Shown: positions 9,848-19,241 of the stretch, piece by piece
How positions within the stretch are numbered: the first letter of the stretch is position 1
Layout of the letters: the number at the start of each line of letters is the position of its first letter
Assembly (NCBI GenBank): GCA_050014195.1
Contig: JBEKDT010000015.1
Location: forward strand, 32,001 to 96,000
Direction: 5' to 3'
Length of the DNA: 64,000 nucleotides
Source of the DNA: Desulfomonilia bacterium
GTDB lineage: Bacteria; Desulfobacterota; Desulfomonilia; UBA1062
Program-made: the position numbers and the translations under genes
Notes under the pieces: generated by a model
Databases searched by the model: none
Told to the model about the DNA's origin: nothing
What the model saw: only the letters and a program-made list of their open reading frames with translations

Positions 9848-10726
9848 TCACATCACCCGCTTGAGCATCCACGAGGCAAGCCCCCTGAGGGTCTCGGCCT
9901 GATCGTCCCTCAGGCCGTCAAGCGCCTTTATGGCCTTTAAGGTGGAGGTTTGCGCCCATATACGCGCCGCATCGAGGCCAAGGGCCTTCACCACGGTGGC
10001 CTTGCTCTGGACCAGGTCCTTGCCCGCACTCTTGCCCAGTGTCCGGCTGTCGGATGTCACGTCCAGGATATCATCAATGGCCTGGAATGCAAGCCCGAGG
10101 TGGGTGCCGAAGCCTGCCAGGGACCCGATCAGGGCCTTGTCATCGCAGGCTACGCGTGCACCTGCATACAGAGACATCTCAAAAAGGCGTGAGGTTTTTT
10201 GGGTGTAGATCTCTTCGATTTTAGAAAGATCCATGTCCCTTCCCTCGGCCATGACATCCTCATACTCCCCCTGGACCAGACCTGCGGTACCGCAAACATC
10301 GGCAAAAGCAGTGCACAGGTCCACCTTGACCTGAGAAGAATATGAGCTTGTGCAGATTACGGCCAGTGCCTGGAAGATCAATGCATCTCCTGCCAGGATG
10401 GCAGTGGCCTCCCCGAATTTCTTGTGGCATGTGGGCATGCCCCTCCTCAGGTCGTCATTGTCAAGGGCGGGCAGGTCGTCGTGAATGAGGCTGAAGGTAT
10501 GGACCATCTCAATGGCCAGGCCGACAGGCAGTGCGGCTGTTCCCTGACCGCCGGCGGCCTCGCATGCAAGCATGGCAAGTATCGGCCTGATCCTCTTACC
10601 GCCCGCCTTGAGGCTGTAGGCAAAGGCCTCGAAAATGCCGGAGCTGCTCTGCGTATCCCGAAGGTAGTCCGCAAGGTATTCATCAAAGGCTGCCTTCCTG
10701 GTCGTGATCAAGGCGCTGATATCCAC
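9848..10726 (-). CDS. ispA: Polyprenyl (geranyl/farnesyl) diphosphate synthase
   Basis: GGKRIRP, SLIHDDLPALDNDDLRRG, FQAIDDILD, GKSAGKD. GTG start chosen from the upstream AGGGGA RBS. Confidence 0.9.
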   Translation of the reverse strand: MDISALITTRKAAFDEYLADYLRDTQSSSGIFEAFAYSLKAGGKRIRPILAMLACEAAGGQGTAALPVGLAIEMVHTFSLIHDDLPALDNDDLRRGMPTCHKKFGEATAILAGDALIFQALAVICTSSYSSQVKVDLCTAFADVCGTAGLVQGEYEDVMAEGRDMDLSKIEEIYTQKTSRLFEMSLYAGARVACDDKALIGSLAGFGTHLGLAFQAIDDILDVTSDSRTLGKSAGKDLVQSKATVVKALGLDAARIWAQTSTLKAIKALDGLRDDQAETLRGLASWMLKRVM

Positions 10727-10807
10727 GGTTAGTCCCCTATTTAAGGCAATAGCACGGCCCAAGACAATCTTCAACAGCCTAAAGATCCACGTGAAAGACC
10801 CTGAGAG

Positions 10808-11773
10808 CTATGTCTGCGAGAGCTCCTCATAGAGTTTCATGATGGTGTTTACATAGACATCGCTGTGGTTATACAACCATATGGCGTTGCGGTTTTTTTT
10901 CTCATCACCGTTTTCCCTCCAGCCGGATATCTTGAGGAGGTTCGCAATGCTCGCAATAGCATCCGGCATTCTGAAGGGGTTTTTTTCACCATCGCCAACA
11001 CCATCGACCCCCCATTTCCTGAATGTGGTAGGGATGAATTGTGCCGGACCCAAGGCCCCTGCCACGGAGCCTTTGATCTCCAGGGGGTCCATCTTTATCT
11101 CGTCGGCAAGCATGATCAGGTTAAAGAGCTCCTCTCCCGCCCATCTTCCCCTGGCAAAAGTCTTTTTCACCCCTTCCTCATCCTGAAGAAAGGCCTCCGT
11201 CCCGCTGTTTTTGTCTTTCAGCAACTTTATTATATCCGGGTCGGATATGAGGGAGATGTTTGCATAGACCTGAAATGCATTGTATTTCTGAGGATATGTT
11301 CCCAGCCTTGTTTCAATGATGAGGATCGCGGTGATGATCTGAGGGGAGACCCCATACTTGTCCTGAACCGAGACAAAGAATTCCCGGTTTTCCTCGATGA
11401 AGGCCTTGCCCTTAATTACGTACTTCTTGTCGTACTCCATGCGTTCCGGGTGTTTTGCAGAGCCCTTGGGATGACAGAAGTCAAGGTTTTTCAAGATGAA
11501 TTTCTCATCAAAGGCCATTCGAGGATCGGTTATGAGGGCATGCGCACGGGTCCTATCAAGGCCCTTGCCCACCAGCAGTTCCTCCACAAAACCTCTGGCA
11601 TGATCATCATTGATCAGCTCCGGGCTTGGAGGGATTTGGACTGTGGGTTGGCCGGCAGGTTCGACTGCAGGCCCCTTGTGCGCACATGAGCTCATAAGCG
11701 CCAGTGTGGTTACAAAAATCGTGATGATGATAAATCCAAGTGCCTTCATCTGAAAAAGGATATTATATCGCAC
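10808..11773 (-). CDS. Lytic murein transglycosylase (MltB/SLT_2 family) lipoprotein
   Basis: Lipobox (LMSSC), AILIIETRLG, GSVAGALGPAQFIPT, YNHSDVYV. Confidence 0.85.
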   Translation of the reverse strand: MRYNILFQMKALGFIIITIFVTTLALMSSCAHKGPAVEPAGQPTVQIPPSPELINDDHARGFVEELLVGKGLDRTRAHALITDPRMAFDEKFILKNLDFCHPKGSAKHPERMEYDKKYVIKGKAFIEENREFFVSVQDKYGVSPQIITAILIIETRLGTYPQKYNAFQVYANISLISDPDIIKLLKDKNSGTEAFLQDEEGVKKTFARGRWAGEELFNLIMLADEIKMDPLEIKGSVAGALGPAQFIPTTFRKWGVDGVGDGEKNPFRMPDAIASIANLLKISGWRENGDEKKNRNAIWLYNHSDVYVNTIMKLYEELSQT

Positions 11774-11898
11774 ACGGCAGAGTTACAAGTAAATATCCGC
11801 TTTCTTTCGAAATACGATAACTCTTACCATACATGGCTGACCCACACACATACGCCTGTCTTGACTTTCTGTACCGGCACATCATACAACCACTAATT

Positions 11899-13233
11899 AT
11901 GAAGAGGATTCTCATAGCCAACAGGGGCGAGGTGGTCTTGCGCGTCATCAGGACGGCCCGTGAGCTGGGGTTGGAAACCATCGTGGTCTATTCAGAGGCC
12001 GATAAGGACATGGAGTACCTGAACTTCGCCGACGAGGCGGTAAAGATCGGCCCCGAGCAGCCCTCTAAGAGCTACCTCAATATCGATGCCATCATCTCTG
12101 CGGCCCTGGCATGGAAGGCCAACGCCATCCACCCCGGTTACGGTTTCCTCTCGGAGAACCCCCAGTTCGCCTTTCTCTGCGAGGAGAACGGGATCGAGTT
12201 CATAGGGCCTACGAGTGCCACCCTTCGGACCATCGGCAACAAGTCCCGGACAAAGGAGGTTGCCAGGTCGCTGAACATACCCACCATCCCGGGATCTTAT
12301 GGAGTGGTTGCCGACATCGGACAGACTATCCTCCTAGCCCAGGACCTCGGCTTTCCCGTGATCCTCAAGTCGCTGTACGGCGGAGGCGGCAGGGGGATGA
12401 AGGTGGCATTCTCCGATGATCAGCTGAGACAGCACTTTGCCAGCGTGAGCAGCGAGGCAAGCGCAGCATTCGGCCGTAATGAGGTCTACATTGAGCACTA
12501 CATCGCATCGCCGCGACACCTGGAAGTCCAGGTCCTGGCCGATGCATATGGGAACATCAGAATCTTCAGCGACCGCGAGTGCTCTATCCAGAGGCGCCAC
12601 CAGAAGATCATCGAGGAGGCACCCATCTCCAATATCGATGAAGACCTGCGGCAGAACCTCTGGGAATGGTCGAGACAGATCATCCAGGCCATTGCATTCA
12701 AGGGCCTTGGCACTGTGGAGTTTCTCATGGATCAGGAAGGGAAGATCTTCTTCCTCGAGATCAACGGCAGGCTCCAGGTGGAACACCCGGTTACAGAGAT
12801 GATTACCGGCATCGACATGATTCGCGAGCAGATCATGATCGCAGCGGGTGCCCATATAGAACCGTCTCCTGTCATCATCACGGGGCATGCCATCGAATGT
12901 CGGATCAATGCAGAGAATCCGTCAAAGAATTTCATGCCCACTACGGGTACCATCACAAGACTGCGGCTGCCGAGCGGCCCGGGTGCGCGTGTGGATACGC
13001 ACCTCTTCCCCGGCTGCATCGTGACCCCGTTCTACGACCCCCTGCTCGTGAAGCTCATCGCCCTCCACACCACGCGCGATGGGGCTTTACGCCGCATGGA
13101 CAGGATGCTGGACGAGACCATCATCGAGGGACTCACGACCAACAAGGACCTGCTCTACAAGTTGCTCAACCATGATAGTTTTCTCTCGGGTAACGGGGAC
13201 ACATCTCTTGTGACACAGCTGCTCAATAAGTGA
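11899..13233 (+). CDS. accC: Biotin carboxylase (acetyl-CoA carboxylase subunit-like)
   Basis: ILIANRGE, IHPGYGFLSEN, GGGGRGM, ECSIQRRHQK, RLQVEHPVTE. Confidence 0.9.
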   Translation: MKRILIANRGEVVLRVIRTARELGLETIVVYSEADKDMEYLNFADEAVKIGPEQPSKSYLNIDAIISAALAWKANAIHPGYGFLSENPQFAFLCEENGIEFIGPTSATLRTIGNKSRTKEVARSLNIPTIPGSYGVVADIGQTILLAQDLGFPVILKSLYGGGGRGMKVAFSDDQLRQHFASVSSEASAAFGRNEVYIEHYIASPRHLEVQVLADAYGNIRIFSDRECSIQRRHQKIIEEAPISNIDEDLRQNLWEWSRQIIQAIAFKGLGTVEFLMDQEGKIFFLEINGRLQVEHPVTEMITGIDMIREQIMIAAGAHIEPSPVIITGHAIECRINAENPSKNFMPTTGTITRLRLPSGPGARVDTHLFPGCIVTPFYDPLLVKLIALHTTRDGALRRMDRMLDETIIEGLTTNKDLLYKLLNHDSFLSGNGDTSLVTQLLNK

Positions 13234-13322
13234 TCAGAAGCTTTCTTCAAACGGTTCAGGGATTAAAATGCCTGAGGTCGCACATGTGTTCCCGACATAC
13301 TCTTAAATCATAGTAACGCAGA

Positions 13323-13536
13323 CTCAGATCATTGAGGAGCACACAAAGAGTAATATCTTACCACGAAGAGCACGAAGGACACGAAGAAAGAAAGCCTTTT
13401 GAAATAGCTGACCGGTTCAATGGATCCTAGAGTGTTTGTTCTGGTTTTTTAGATCATCTTCGTGCTCTTCGTGTCCTTCGTGGTGAGAAAAGAATTAGGA
13501 TGCAAACCATAAAAATATGCTTCAAGGAGAAGAACC
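13323..13536. repeat. Dispersed MITE/REP-like repeat, copy 1
   Basis: Internal inverted repeats ACCACGAAGAGCACGAAGGACACGAAG ... CTTCGTGCTCTTCGTGTCCTTCGTGGTG; homologous in reverse complement to 19641-19925 and to 54416-54657. Confidence 0.85.
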
Positions 13537-13570
13537 TAAAACTTTGAAGGATACGCTCTTGAGGTTGCCC

Positions 13571-13609
13571 AAAAAAATCACGAGCCGGTTACTCGCCCGG
13601 CTCGTGATT
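13571..13609 (-). terminator. Rho-independent terminator
   Basis: AATCACGAGCCGG-N8-CCGGCTCGTGATT hairpin with an A-run on the left (U-tail on the minus strand), downstream of 13664-13930. Confidence 0.7.
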
Positions 13610-13663
13610 CTGTTTGGTGCGATACTGTTATGATATTCTCTTGTACCGGCTGGAGGCAATTTC

Positions 13664-13930
13664 CTATGCCTGATGATGAGTTATCCTTGATCTGTTAATC
13701 TGCTCTCGTGTCTTGGCGAAATCCATATATATTCTCGCAATGCACAACGATATTGCCAATACAAATAACCCAAGCATGAATGCCGGCTCGGTGTTGAACT
13801 GTACATCTATCCATCGACCGACAAACAGGAACAGGAATGAGGAGATAACCAGGGTGAAGCTCCACGCACTCATTAATATGATATGGTTCAGATTCTTGTT
13901 CGTGAGCTTGTTTCTTCGAACCCTTTTCAT
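13664..13930 (-). CDS. AtpZ/AtpI-family small membrane protein
   Basis: Two TM helices separated by GRWIDVQFNTEPAF, the G-x-W-L-D...T-x-P pattern of AtpZ/AtpI. Confidence 0.7.
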   Translation of the reverse strand: MKRVRRNKLTNKNLNHIILMSAWSFTLVISSFLFLFVGRWIDVQFNTEPAFMLGLFVLAISLCIARIYMDFAKTREQINRSRITHHQA

Positions 13931-14010
13931 CGCTGTTACCTCCTTTCCTTCTTTTCCCGCCCGTACCCCGTTAGGGAAGGGGCGGGATAACCTTACCTCT
14001 TAAGATCTTC

Positions 14011-14292
14011 TCAGCTCACCAGGCCCTTCACTGCTTCGATCACCGGGGCGGTGAACAGGGCAACCAGCACTGCATACAGTGCAAAGGACCCGACTGCCTC
14101 GCTGAGGTACATCCTCGGATAACGGTATTTCAGGGAAATGATGGTGAGCCCGCCCATGATCAGGCAGCCAAGGTGGAAGTAGGGGAAGTTCCCGCCGCCG
14201 GAAGTCTCTGCCGCTGCAAAGGCAAAGGTACCGGTGATCATCACCACGAACATCGCTACGATTATTGTCTGAATTGTCCTTTTCATTGTCAT
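14011..14292 (-). CDS. Small membrane protein with signal-like N-terminus
   Basis: GGAGG RBS before MTMKRT; AFA-AAET cleavage-like site and two further TM segments. Confidence 0.65.
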   Translation of the reverse strand: MTMKRTIQTIIVAMFVVMITGTFAFAAAETSGGGNFPYFHLGCLIMGGLTIISLKYRYPRMYLSEAVGSFALYAVLVALFTAPVIEAVKGLVS

Positions 14293-14328
14293 TGCCTCCT
14301 TCATGATTGCTTGATGCTTATAGATAAG

Positions 14329-14343
14329 GCAAGCCCCGTGCCA
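14329..14343 (-). promoter_or_regulatory. sigma54 (-24/-12) promoter
   Basis: Minus strand reads TGGCAC-GGGGC-TTGC, the canonical spacing. Confidence 0.75.
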
Positions 14344-14532
14344 AGTGTGCTGGATCAGCGATGAATACCTTATAACATATTGATATCGAATCCATTTAAC
14401 TGAATATCCACTCAATAATCGCATGCCTCAATCCCTAAGAAAACCGGGATTCATTAAAAAAAACGTTGAGAGGTATTCAATGAAACGTTTAATCCGGTCC
14501 CTCTTGACAGACCACATTTTCAACCTTCACCC

Positions 14533-14856
14533 TTGACTCTCTTCAGCATGAATGTCATGCCTGCCGCTATCAGGGAAAGAATGGGACTGCTCCCTAACCT
14601 TTTCGATGACAGGAGGCGAAATAGTAGGCTTCATGTCGACAAGACCGTATCCTGCATTCGCAATGGGGATGAAATGCAGACCGCACATCTGATCAATATC
14701 AGCAGGAGCGGTATGTATGTTGAGATCGATACCCCGTCTGATATCGGGCAGGAGATGTTCATCAACCTTACCGAGAGAAACCTCGGGGTGTTTACGCGGG
14801 TGAAAGGGCGGGTGATGAGGAGATCTGAAAGGGGTATGGCTATCCGGTTCATCTGA
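14533..14856 (+). CDS. PilZ-domain protein (start uncertain)
   Basis: RRRNSR (RxxxR) and NISRSG (D/NxSxxG) c-di-GMP motifs; GMAIRF terminus. Confidence 0.8.
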   Translation: MTLFSMNVMPAAIRERMGLLPNLFDDRRRNSRLHVDKTVSCIRNGDEMQTAHLINISRSGMYVEIDTPSDIGQEMFINLTERNLGVFTRVKGRVMRRSERGMAIRFI

Positions 14857-14927
14857 CCGGCCCCTGGCTTGCAGGTTATGTTCCAAGATCAAGGCCTTAA
14901 ACCTTAGCGGGGCATTCTTTTATGTCC

Positions 14928-15024
14928 TTTGCCACTTTGTCACATTTTGACCATGGTTACCCTACGGTTTTGCCACTTTGTTCATGCCCGGTATCTTCAT
15001 TGATGCACTTGTGCCATTTTGGCA
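14928..15024. promoter_or_regulatory. Putative enhancer (UAS) sites for a sigma54 activator
   Basis: TTTGCCACTTTGT at 14928 and 14969, and near-palindrome TGCCATTTTGGCA at 15012, about 65-160 bp upstream of a sigma54 promoter. Confidence 0.45.
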
Positions 15025-15087
15025 AAAATATGGTGCGAGAGAATATTTATAGTTAGTATAATCATTGAGTTATAAACCATGATCATC

Positions 15088-15102
15088 TGGCACGGCCCTT
15101 GC
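15088..15102 (+). promoter_or_regulatory. sigma54 (-24/-12) promoter
   Basis: TGGCAC-GGCCC-TTGC; shares TGGCACGG..CTTGCCTTAT with the divergent site at 14329-14343. Confidence 0.75.
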
Positions 15103-15150
15103 CTTATGTTAGATAGAAAGAAAAAAACAAACCCCAAGGAGGGTAAGACA

Positions 15151-15327
15151 ATGATGACATTATGGATCGTTCTCGGCGCACTGTTCATGACCGGCATAGG
15201 CATCAGGTTCACCTACAAGGTCCTTGGACTCACCCCGGCCGAAGCAACCGCAGTGTTCGTCCTGGTGGTCACCCTGATCGGCATCAACACCGGCCCGGCA
15301 CGCGAGATCCTCATGAACCTGTTCTAA
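15151..15327 (+). CDS. Small two-TM membrane protein
   Basis: AGGAGG RBS; hydrophobic ORF resembling the C-terminal half of 14011-14292. Confidence 0.7.
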   Translation: MMTLWIVLGALFMTGIGIRFTYKVLGLTPAEATAVFVLVVTLIGINTGPAREILMNLF

Positions 15328-15366
15328 GGCTTCTGCGGGATAGCAAAACGGATAAGGAGGAAGGCC

Positions 15367-15606
15367 ATGAAACGGATAAAGACAAAGAAAGAGAAGATCG
15401 AAAGGGCACTGGCCAACAGGCTCAGCAGGATCAGCGCATACAGTCTGGTGCTCGTTACGATGACCTTCCTCGGGCTGTACGGTGGGATGGAGCTTGACAA
15501 GATGACGGGCATGACGCCCAACTTCACCTTTGTCTGCCTGATCGTCGGCATCGCCCTGGGCTTCAAGGGCTTCATCCAGGAAGTCATCGCAGAGAGAAAG
15601 GCGTAA
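15367..15606 (+). CDS. AtpZ/AtpI-family small membrane protein
   Basis: AGGAGG RBS; GLYGGMELDKMTGMTPNFT between two TM helices. Confidence 0.7.
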   Translation: MKRIKTKKEKIERALANRLSRISAYSLVLVTMTFLGLYGGMELDKMTGMTPNFTFVCLIVGIALGFKGFIQEVIAERKA

Positions 15607-15611
15607 GTACC

Positions 15612-15704
15612 ATGACGGTTCTATTCATCACCATGGGCATAACCGCGCTGCTCGCGCTCACTGTGAGGTTCCCCAGGCACACGGGTGCACATCACGGGCA
15701 CTGA
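15612..15704 (+). CDS. Putative 30-aa single-TM peptide with His-rich tail
   Basis: MTVLFITMGITALLALTVRFPRHTGAHHGH, read directly; starts 5 nt after the previous stop. Confidence 0.4.
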   Translation: MTVLFITMGITALLALTVRFPRHTGAHHGH

Positions 15705-15866
15705 GCAACACTTATAACAACCGGGTCCACCTTACACAGAACTTACCAAGGATATCCAGCAACCTTCCCTGTAAAGCCGGCCTTCTCCACGACAAACCAT
15801 AATAAAACGAAAACGACCTAGGGTCAGGTCGTCTTGGGATATTTTGATAAAACCTGTTGCAGTCCC

Positions 15867-17237
15867 CTACATCACCTCTTTGCCATGCTGGATATTATAC
15901 TTCCTGATCTTGTAATGCATGACCCTGCGGGAGATGCCGAGGATCTGGGCTGCATCTTTCTGGACCCAGTTGGACTTTTTAAGTGCCTGGATAAGCATGG
16001 TCTTCTCATGGGATTCAATGGGGTTAAGCCCTTCATCAGAGAGTGGAACAGATGTTGTATGGTCGAACATGCCCGACGGCAGGATCTCGTCCGGCGTGAT
16101 GATGGAATCTTTGCTGAGTACCACTGCCGACTGGATAATATTCTTAAGCTCTCTTACATTGCCGGGCCACGTATGGGCAAGGAGCATATCCATGGCCTCT
16201 CGGCTGAACCCGGTCACGGTCTTGCCGGTCTTGTTGCTGAATTCCGTAAGGAAGACCTGGGCGAGGCCGATTATGTCTTCTTTGCGATCTCTGAGCGGCG
16301 GCAGTTGAATAGTGAAGACCTTGAGCCGGTAGAAAAGATCTTCCCGGAATTCACCACAGTCCACTTTAGCCTTGAGGTCGACATTGGTGGCGGCAATTAT
16401 CCGGATGTCCACATGCTTCTGATTGATCTCGCCCAGGCGCCTGAACTCACCGGATTCCAACACCCTCAAGAGCCGTGTCTGCATCTCGGGTGATATGTTA
16501 CCGATCTCATCGAGAAACAACGTCCCGCCGTCGGCCTCCTCGATGATGCCGCGCTTTTCCTTTACGGCCCCGGTAAAAGCACCCCGCCCATAGCCGAACA
16601 GTTCGGCCTCAATGAGAGTGGGGGGGGTAGCCCCGCAATCCATGATAACGAGCTTGCCCTCACGCCTTTTACTCTCATAATGGAGCATCCGAGTTATAAG
16701 CTCCTTGCCGGTGCCCGACTCGCCCAGAACAAGCACGGTGGCGTCCGATGAGCTCACCTGGCGGACAAGGGCCAAGATCTTTTTCATGGCAGGGCTTTCG
16801 GCATAGATATGCTGCTCTATGTCGTCTCCGATCTCCTGCTCGAGGTAGCGCACCCGCTGCTTGAGACTGCGCTTTTCAATAGCCTTCTCGATCTTGGCCA
16901 CCAGTTCTATGGCCTCGAACGGCTTCACAAGGTAGTCATGAGCACCTTCTTTGATAGCCTGAACAGCGCCCTCGATGGAGCCGTAAGCAGTGAAGATGAT
17001 GACCTCGATGTCAGGGTCTATCTTCTTGGCCTCTTTGAGGACCTCCATGCCGTCCATGTCCGGCATCTTGAGGTCGGTAATCAGGACGCTGAAATTGTCC
17101 TTCCTGAGGGCATCCAGGGCCTTATTGGCCTTCGTATATCCAACGGCATAGAAACCCATCGCTTCAAGCCTCGCAACCAAGACCTCCACGATGTCGGGCT
17201 CATCATCAAGGATGATGATCTTATGCCTGGGATTCAT
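15867..17237 (-). CDS. sigma54-dependent (NtrC-family) response regulator
   Basis: Receiver domain (ITDLKMPDMDG), GESGTGKE, GAFTGA, LFLDEIG, WPGNVREL, C-terminal Fis-type HTH. Confidence 0.95.
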   Translation of the reverse strand: MNPRHKIIILDDEPDIVEVLVARLEAMGFYAVGYTKANKALDALRKDNFSVLITDLKMPDMDGMEVLKEAKKIDPDIEVIIFTAYGSIEGAVQAIKEGAHDYLVKPFEAIELVAKIEKAIEKRSLKQRVRYLEQEIGDDIEQHIYAESPAMKKILALVRQVSSSDATVLVLGESGTGKELITRMLHYESKRREGKLVIMDCGATPPTLIEAELFGYGRGAFTGAVKEKRGIIEEADGGTLFLDEIGNISPEMQTRLLRVLESGEFRRLGEINQKHVDIRIIAATNVDLKAKVDCGEFREDLFYRLKVFTIQLPPLRDRKEDIIGLAQVFLTEFSNKTGKTVTGFSREAMDMLLAHTWPGNVRELKNIIQSAVVLSKDSIITPDEILPSGMFDHTTSVPLSDEGLNPIESHEKTMLIQALKKSNWVQKDAAQILGISRRVMHYKIRKYNIQHGKEVM

Positions 17238-17800
17238 TGCTTTCCCCTGCGTTTAACCGATTCAATATGGATCTGCTCCAGCTTGTTCAGCTTATAACTG
17301 AGCAGTTCAATCTCTTTTTTAATGTCCTCGTTCTCCTTCTTCAAGGTCTCGATCTCTTTTTTTGCCTGTTCCAGGCTCCGTTTCAGTTCTTCACTCTCCT
17401 TGGCATATTCCTTGGCCTTGGCAGCAGACTTCTGAAAGGTCTCCATACGCTCAAGGAGTTCCAGCAAGTAGCCTGCCTCCACCTTCAGGTAACCAGGCAA
17501 TAAGGTTTGACCCCTTATCTCTTCCAGATCGGTCTTCATAATACCGAAGGCATATTCACCCTTTACGATGGAGTCCATGATGAGCGCGATCTTATGCCGG
17601 GCCACAAGCGATGGCGGAAACACAGGTTCCAAGGCCTTGAGGTTCTCTTCAGAGGCCTTGCCATGGGAGAGATTTTTCTCGGCACTGTCAATCTTCTTGC
17701 CCAGAATATCCGTCGCACATCCCTGGAAGAGAAGCATGGTCATGAGCAGCAGGGAGGCTGAAAGAAAAGATACTCCCCTTGCCCACATTGCTTTGTACAT
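17234..17800 (-). CDS. Putative lipoprotein with C-terminal coiled coil (QseG-like position)
   Basis: Lipobox LFQGC and a coiled-coil C-terminus; lies between the kinase and the sigma54 regulator. Confidence 0.7.
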   Translation of the reverse strand: MYKAMWARGVSFLSASLLLMTMLLFQGCATDILGKKIDSAEKNLSHGKASEENLKALEPVFPPSLVARHKIALIMDSIVKGEYAFGIMKTDLEEIRGQTLLPGYLKVEAGYLLELLERMETFQKSAAKAKEYAKESEELKRSLEQAKKEIETLKKENEDIKKEIELLSYKLNKLEQIHIESVKRRGKQ

Positions 17801-19190
17801 ATACCTTTCCTCCATGTGCATCAACGATCCCCCTGGAGATCGCAAGACCGAGACCTATGCCGCCATGGCCCCTGGTGTATCTTGACTGATAGAACTTTTC
17901 AAAGATTCGGGGCAGGTCTTCTTCGGGTATCCCTTTACCGTGGTCCTCGACCTCAGTGATAATGTTATCGTCTGAGTTCCTTAACCTGATCTCTACAATA
18001 GAGCCTTCGGGTGAGTATTTGATGGCATTGTGTGTGAGGTTTGTCAAGACCTGCAGGATCTTGTTCCAGTCCACCATGACCATACAGTCTCCTTGGGTAT
18101 AATCCACGTTGATCTCCACGCCATTGATATCGGCAATGGGTTTGATCTCGGAGATAAACGAAGTGATTACGGAGTTCATGTCATGGAGCTCCATATGGAG
18201 CCTTACCATGCCGCTCTCGATTCGTGACATCTCCAGCAGCTCGGAGACTGTATGCAGGAGCCTCTTGATGCCTTGCCCCATAATCTCCACAAGCCGCTTC
18301 TGTCTGTCAGCGAGATCGCCTGCCAGGCCTTCAAGAAGCAGGCTCGCCGCTTCTTTCATTGAGGTAAGCGGCGTCTTGAGCTCGTGAGATACTACGGAGA
18401 TGAATTCAGACTTCATGTCATCGAGCTCTTTCAGACGTAGCGCCATATTATTGAAAGATTCGGCAAGCTGGCCCAGTTCGTCCTTGGAACCCAGGGCGAT
18501 ACGGTAAGAGAAGTCGCCCTCAGAGATGTGCTTGATGCCGCCCTTAATGCGTTTGAGATCCCTGGTTACACTCCGATAGATGAGGACAGGCACAATAAGG
18601 CCGATGCTCAGGGCCACTGCCAGCACCCACCATGTCCATGCCATAATCTGATCACCAAGCTCCTTCAGGTAGGCGATGTGCGCGCGTAACCGGTCGATGG
18701 CCTCATTGTTCACATAGCGTGCGATCCCCACGATGCCGTCGATCTCGCTGCTGTTGCGTTCAAAGAGCGTCTCCAGCTCCGTGGGATCATCGGGAAGCTG
18801 AGCGAGTTGCGATTGGAATCTGCTCACATAGGCCATCCACAAGCCTTTGCCGTTTTCCACCATGTTCCGCTCAGGCTCGTCGTAATACATGCCCTTGGTG
18901 CCGAGATTATCCCATGCCCGGGAGATATCATTCTCCTGCTGCTCCAAGATGACATGATAGGATTCGTTCTGGAGGAGCATATACTGCTTCCCGGTTTCTT
19001 CTATTGAGATAAGGTTGGCTATGAGCTTGTCCGTGATCTCTTTTTTCTTGTAATCTATCAGATAGATCTTGGTGCTGAGCGTGCTCACCCTTGAAGATAC
19101 CACAAAGAGAACCAGCGTGATCCCGAACAGGACTATTACAAAGACCACATAGGTCAAAATGAGCTTTTGGAGGAGACCCGGTTTTGTCAT
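17688..19190 (-). CDS. HAMP-domain sensor histidine kinase
   Basis: Two TMs, HAMP (DELGQLAESFNNM), H-box SHELKTPL, NAIKYS, DHGKGI, GIGLGLAI. Confidence 0.95.
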   Translation of the reverse strand: MTKPGLLQKLILTYVVFVIVLFGITLVLFVVSSRVSTLSTKIYLIDYKKKEITDKLIANLISIEETGKQYMLLQNESYHVILEQQENDISRAWDNLGTKGMYYDEPERNMVENGKGLWMAYVSRFQSQLAQLPDDPTELETLFERNSSEIDGIVGIARYVNNEAIDRLRAHIAYLKELGDQIMAWTWWVLAVALSIGLIVPVLIYRSVTRDLKRIKGGIKHISEGDFSYRIALGSKDELGQLAESFNNMALRLKELDDMKSEFISVVSHELKTPLTSMKEAASLLLEGLAGDLADRQKRLVEIMGQGIKRLLHTVSELLEMSRIESGMVRLHMELHDMNSVITSFISEIKPIADINGVEINVDYTQGDCMVMVDWNKILQVLTNLTHNAIKYSPEGSIVEIRLRNSDDNIITEVEDHGKGIPEEDLPRIFEKFYQSRYTRGHGGIGLGLAISRGIVDAHGGKVYVQSNVGKGSIFSFSLPAAHDHASLPGMCDGYSGQED

Positions 19191-19241
19191 GCTTAAGATT
19201 ATAGACATCTCTCCGATAAGTGAGCAAGGGAGAGATTAATT

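Noticed and set aside
13359-13486. CACGAAG periodic repeats as a CRISPR array
   Set aside because: 9-bp units in inverted arrangement, no unique spacers and no cas genes.
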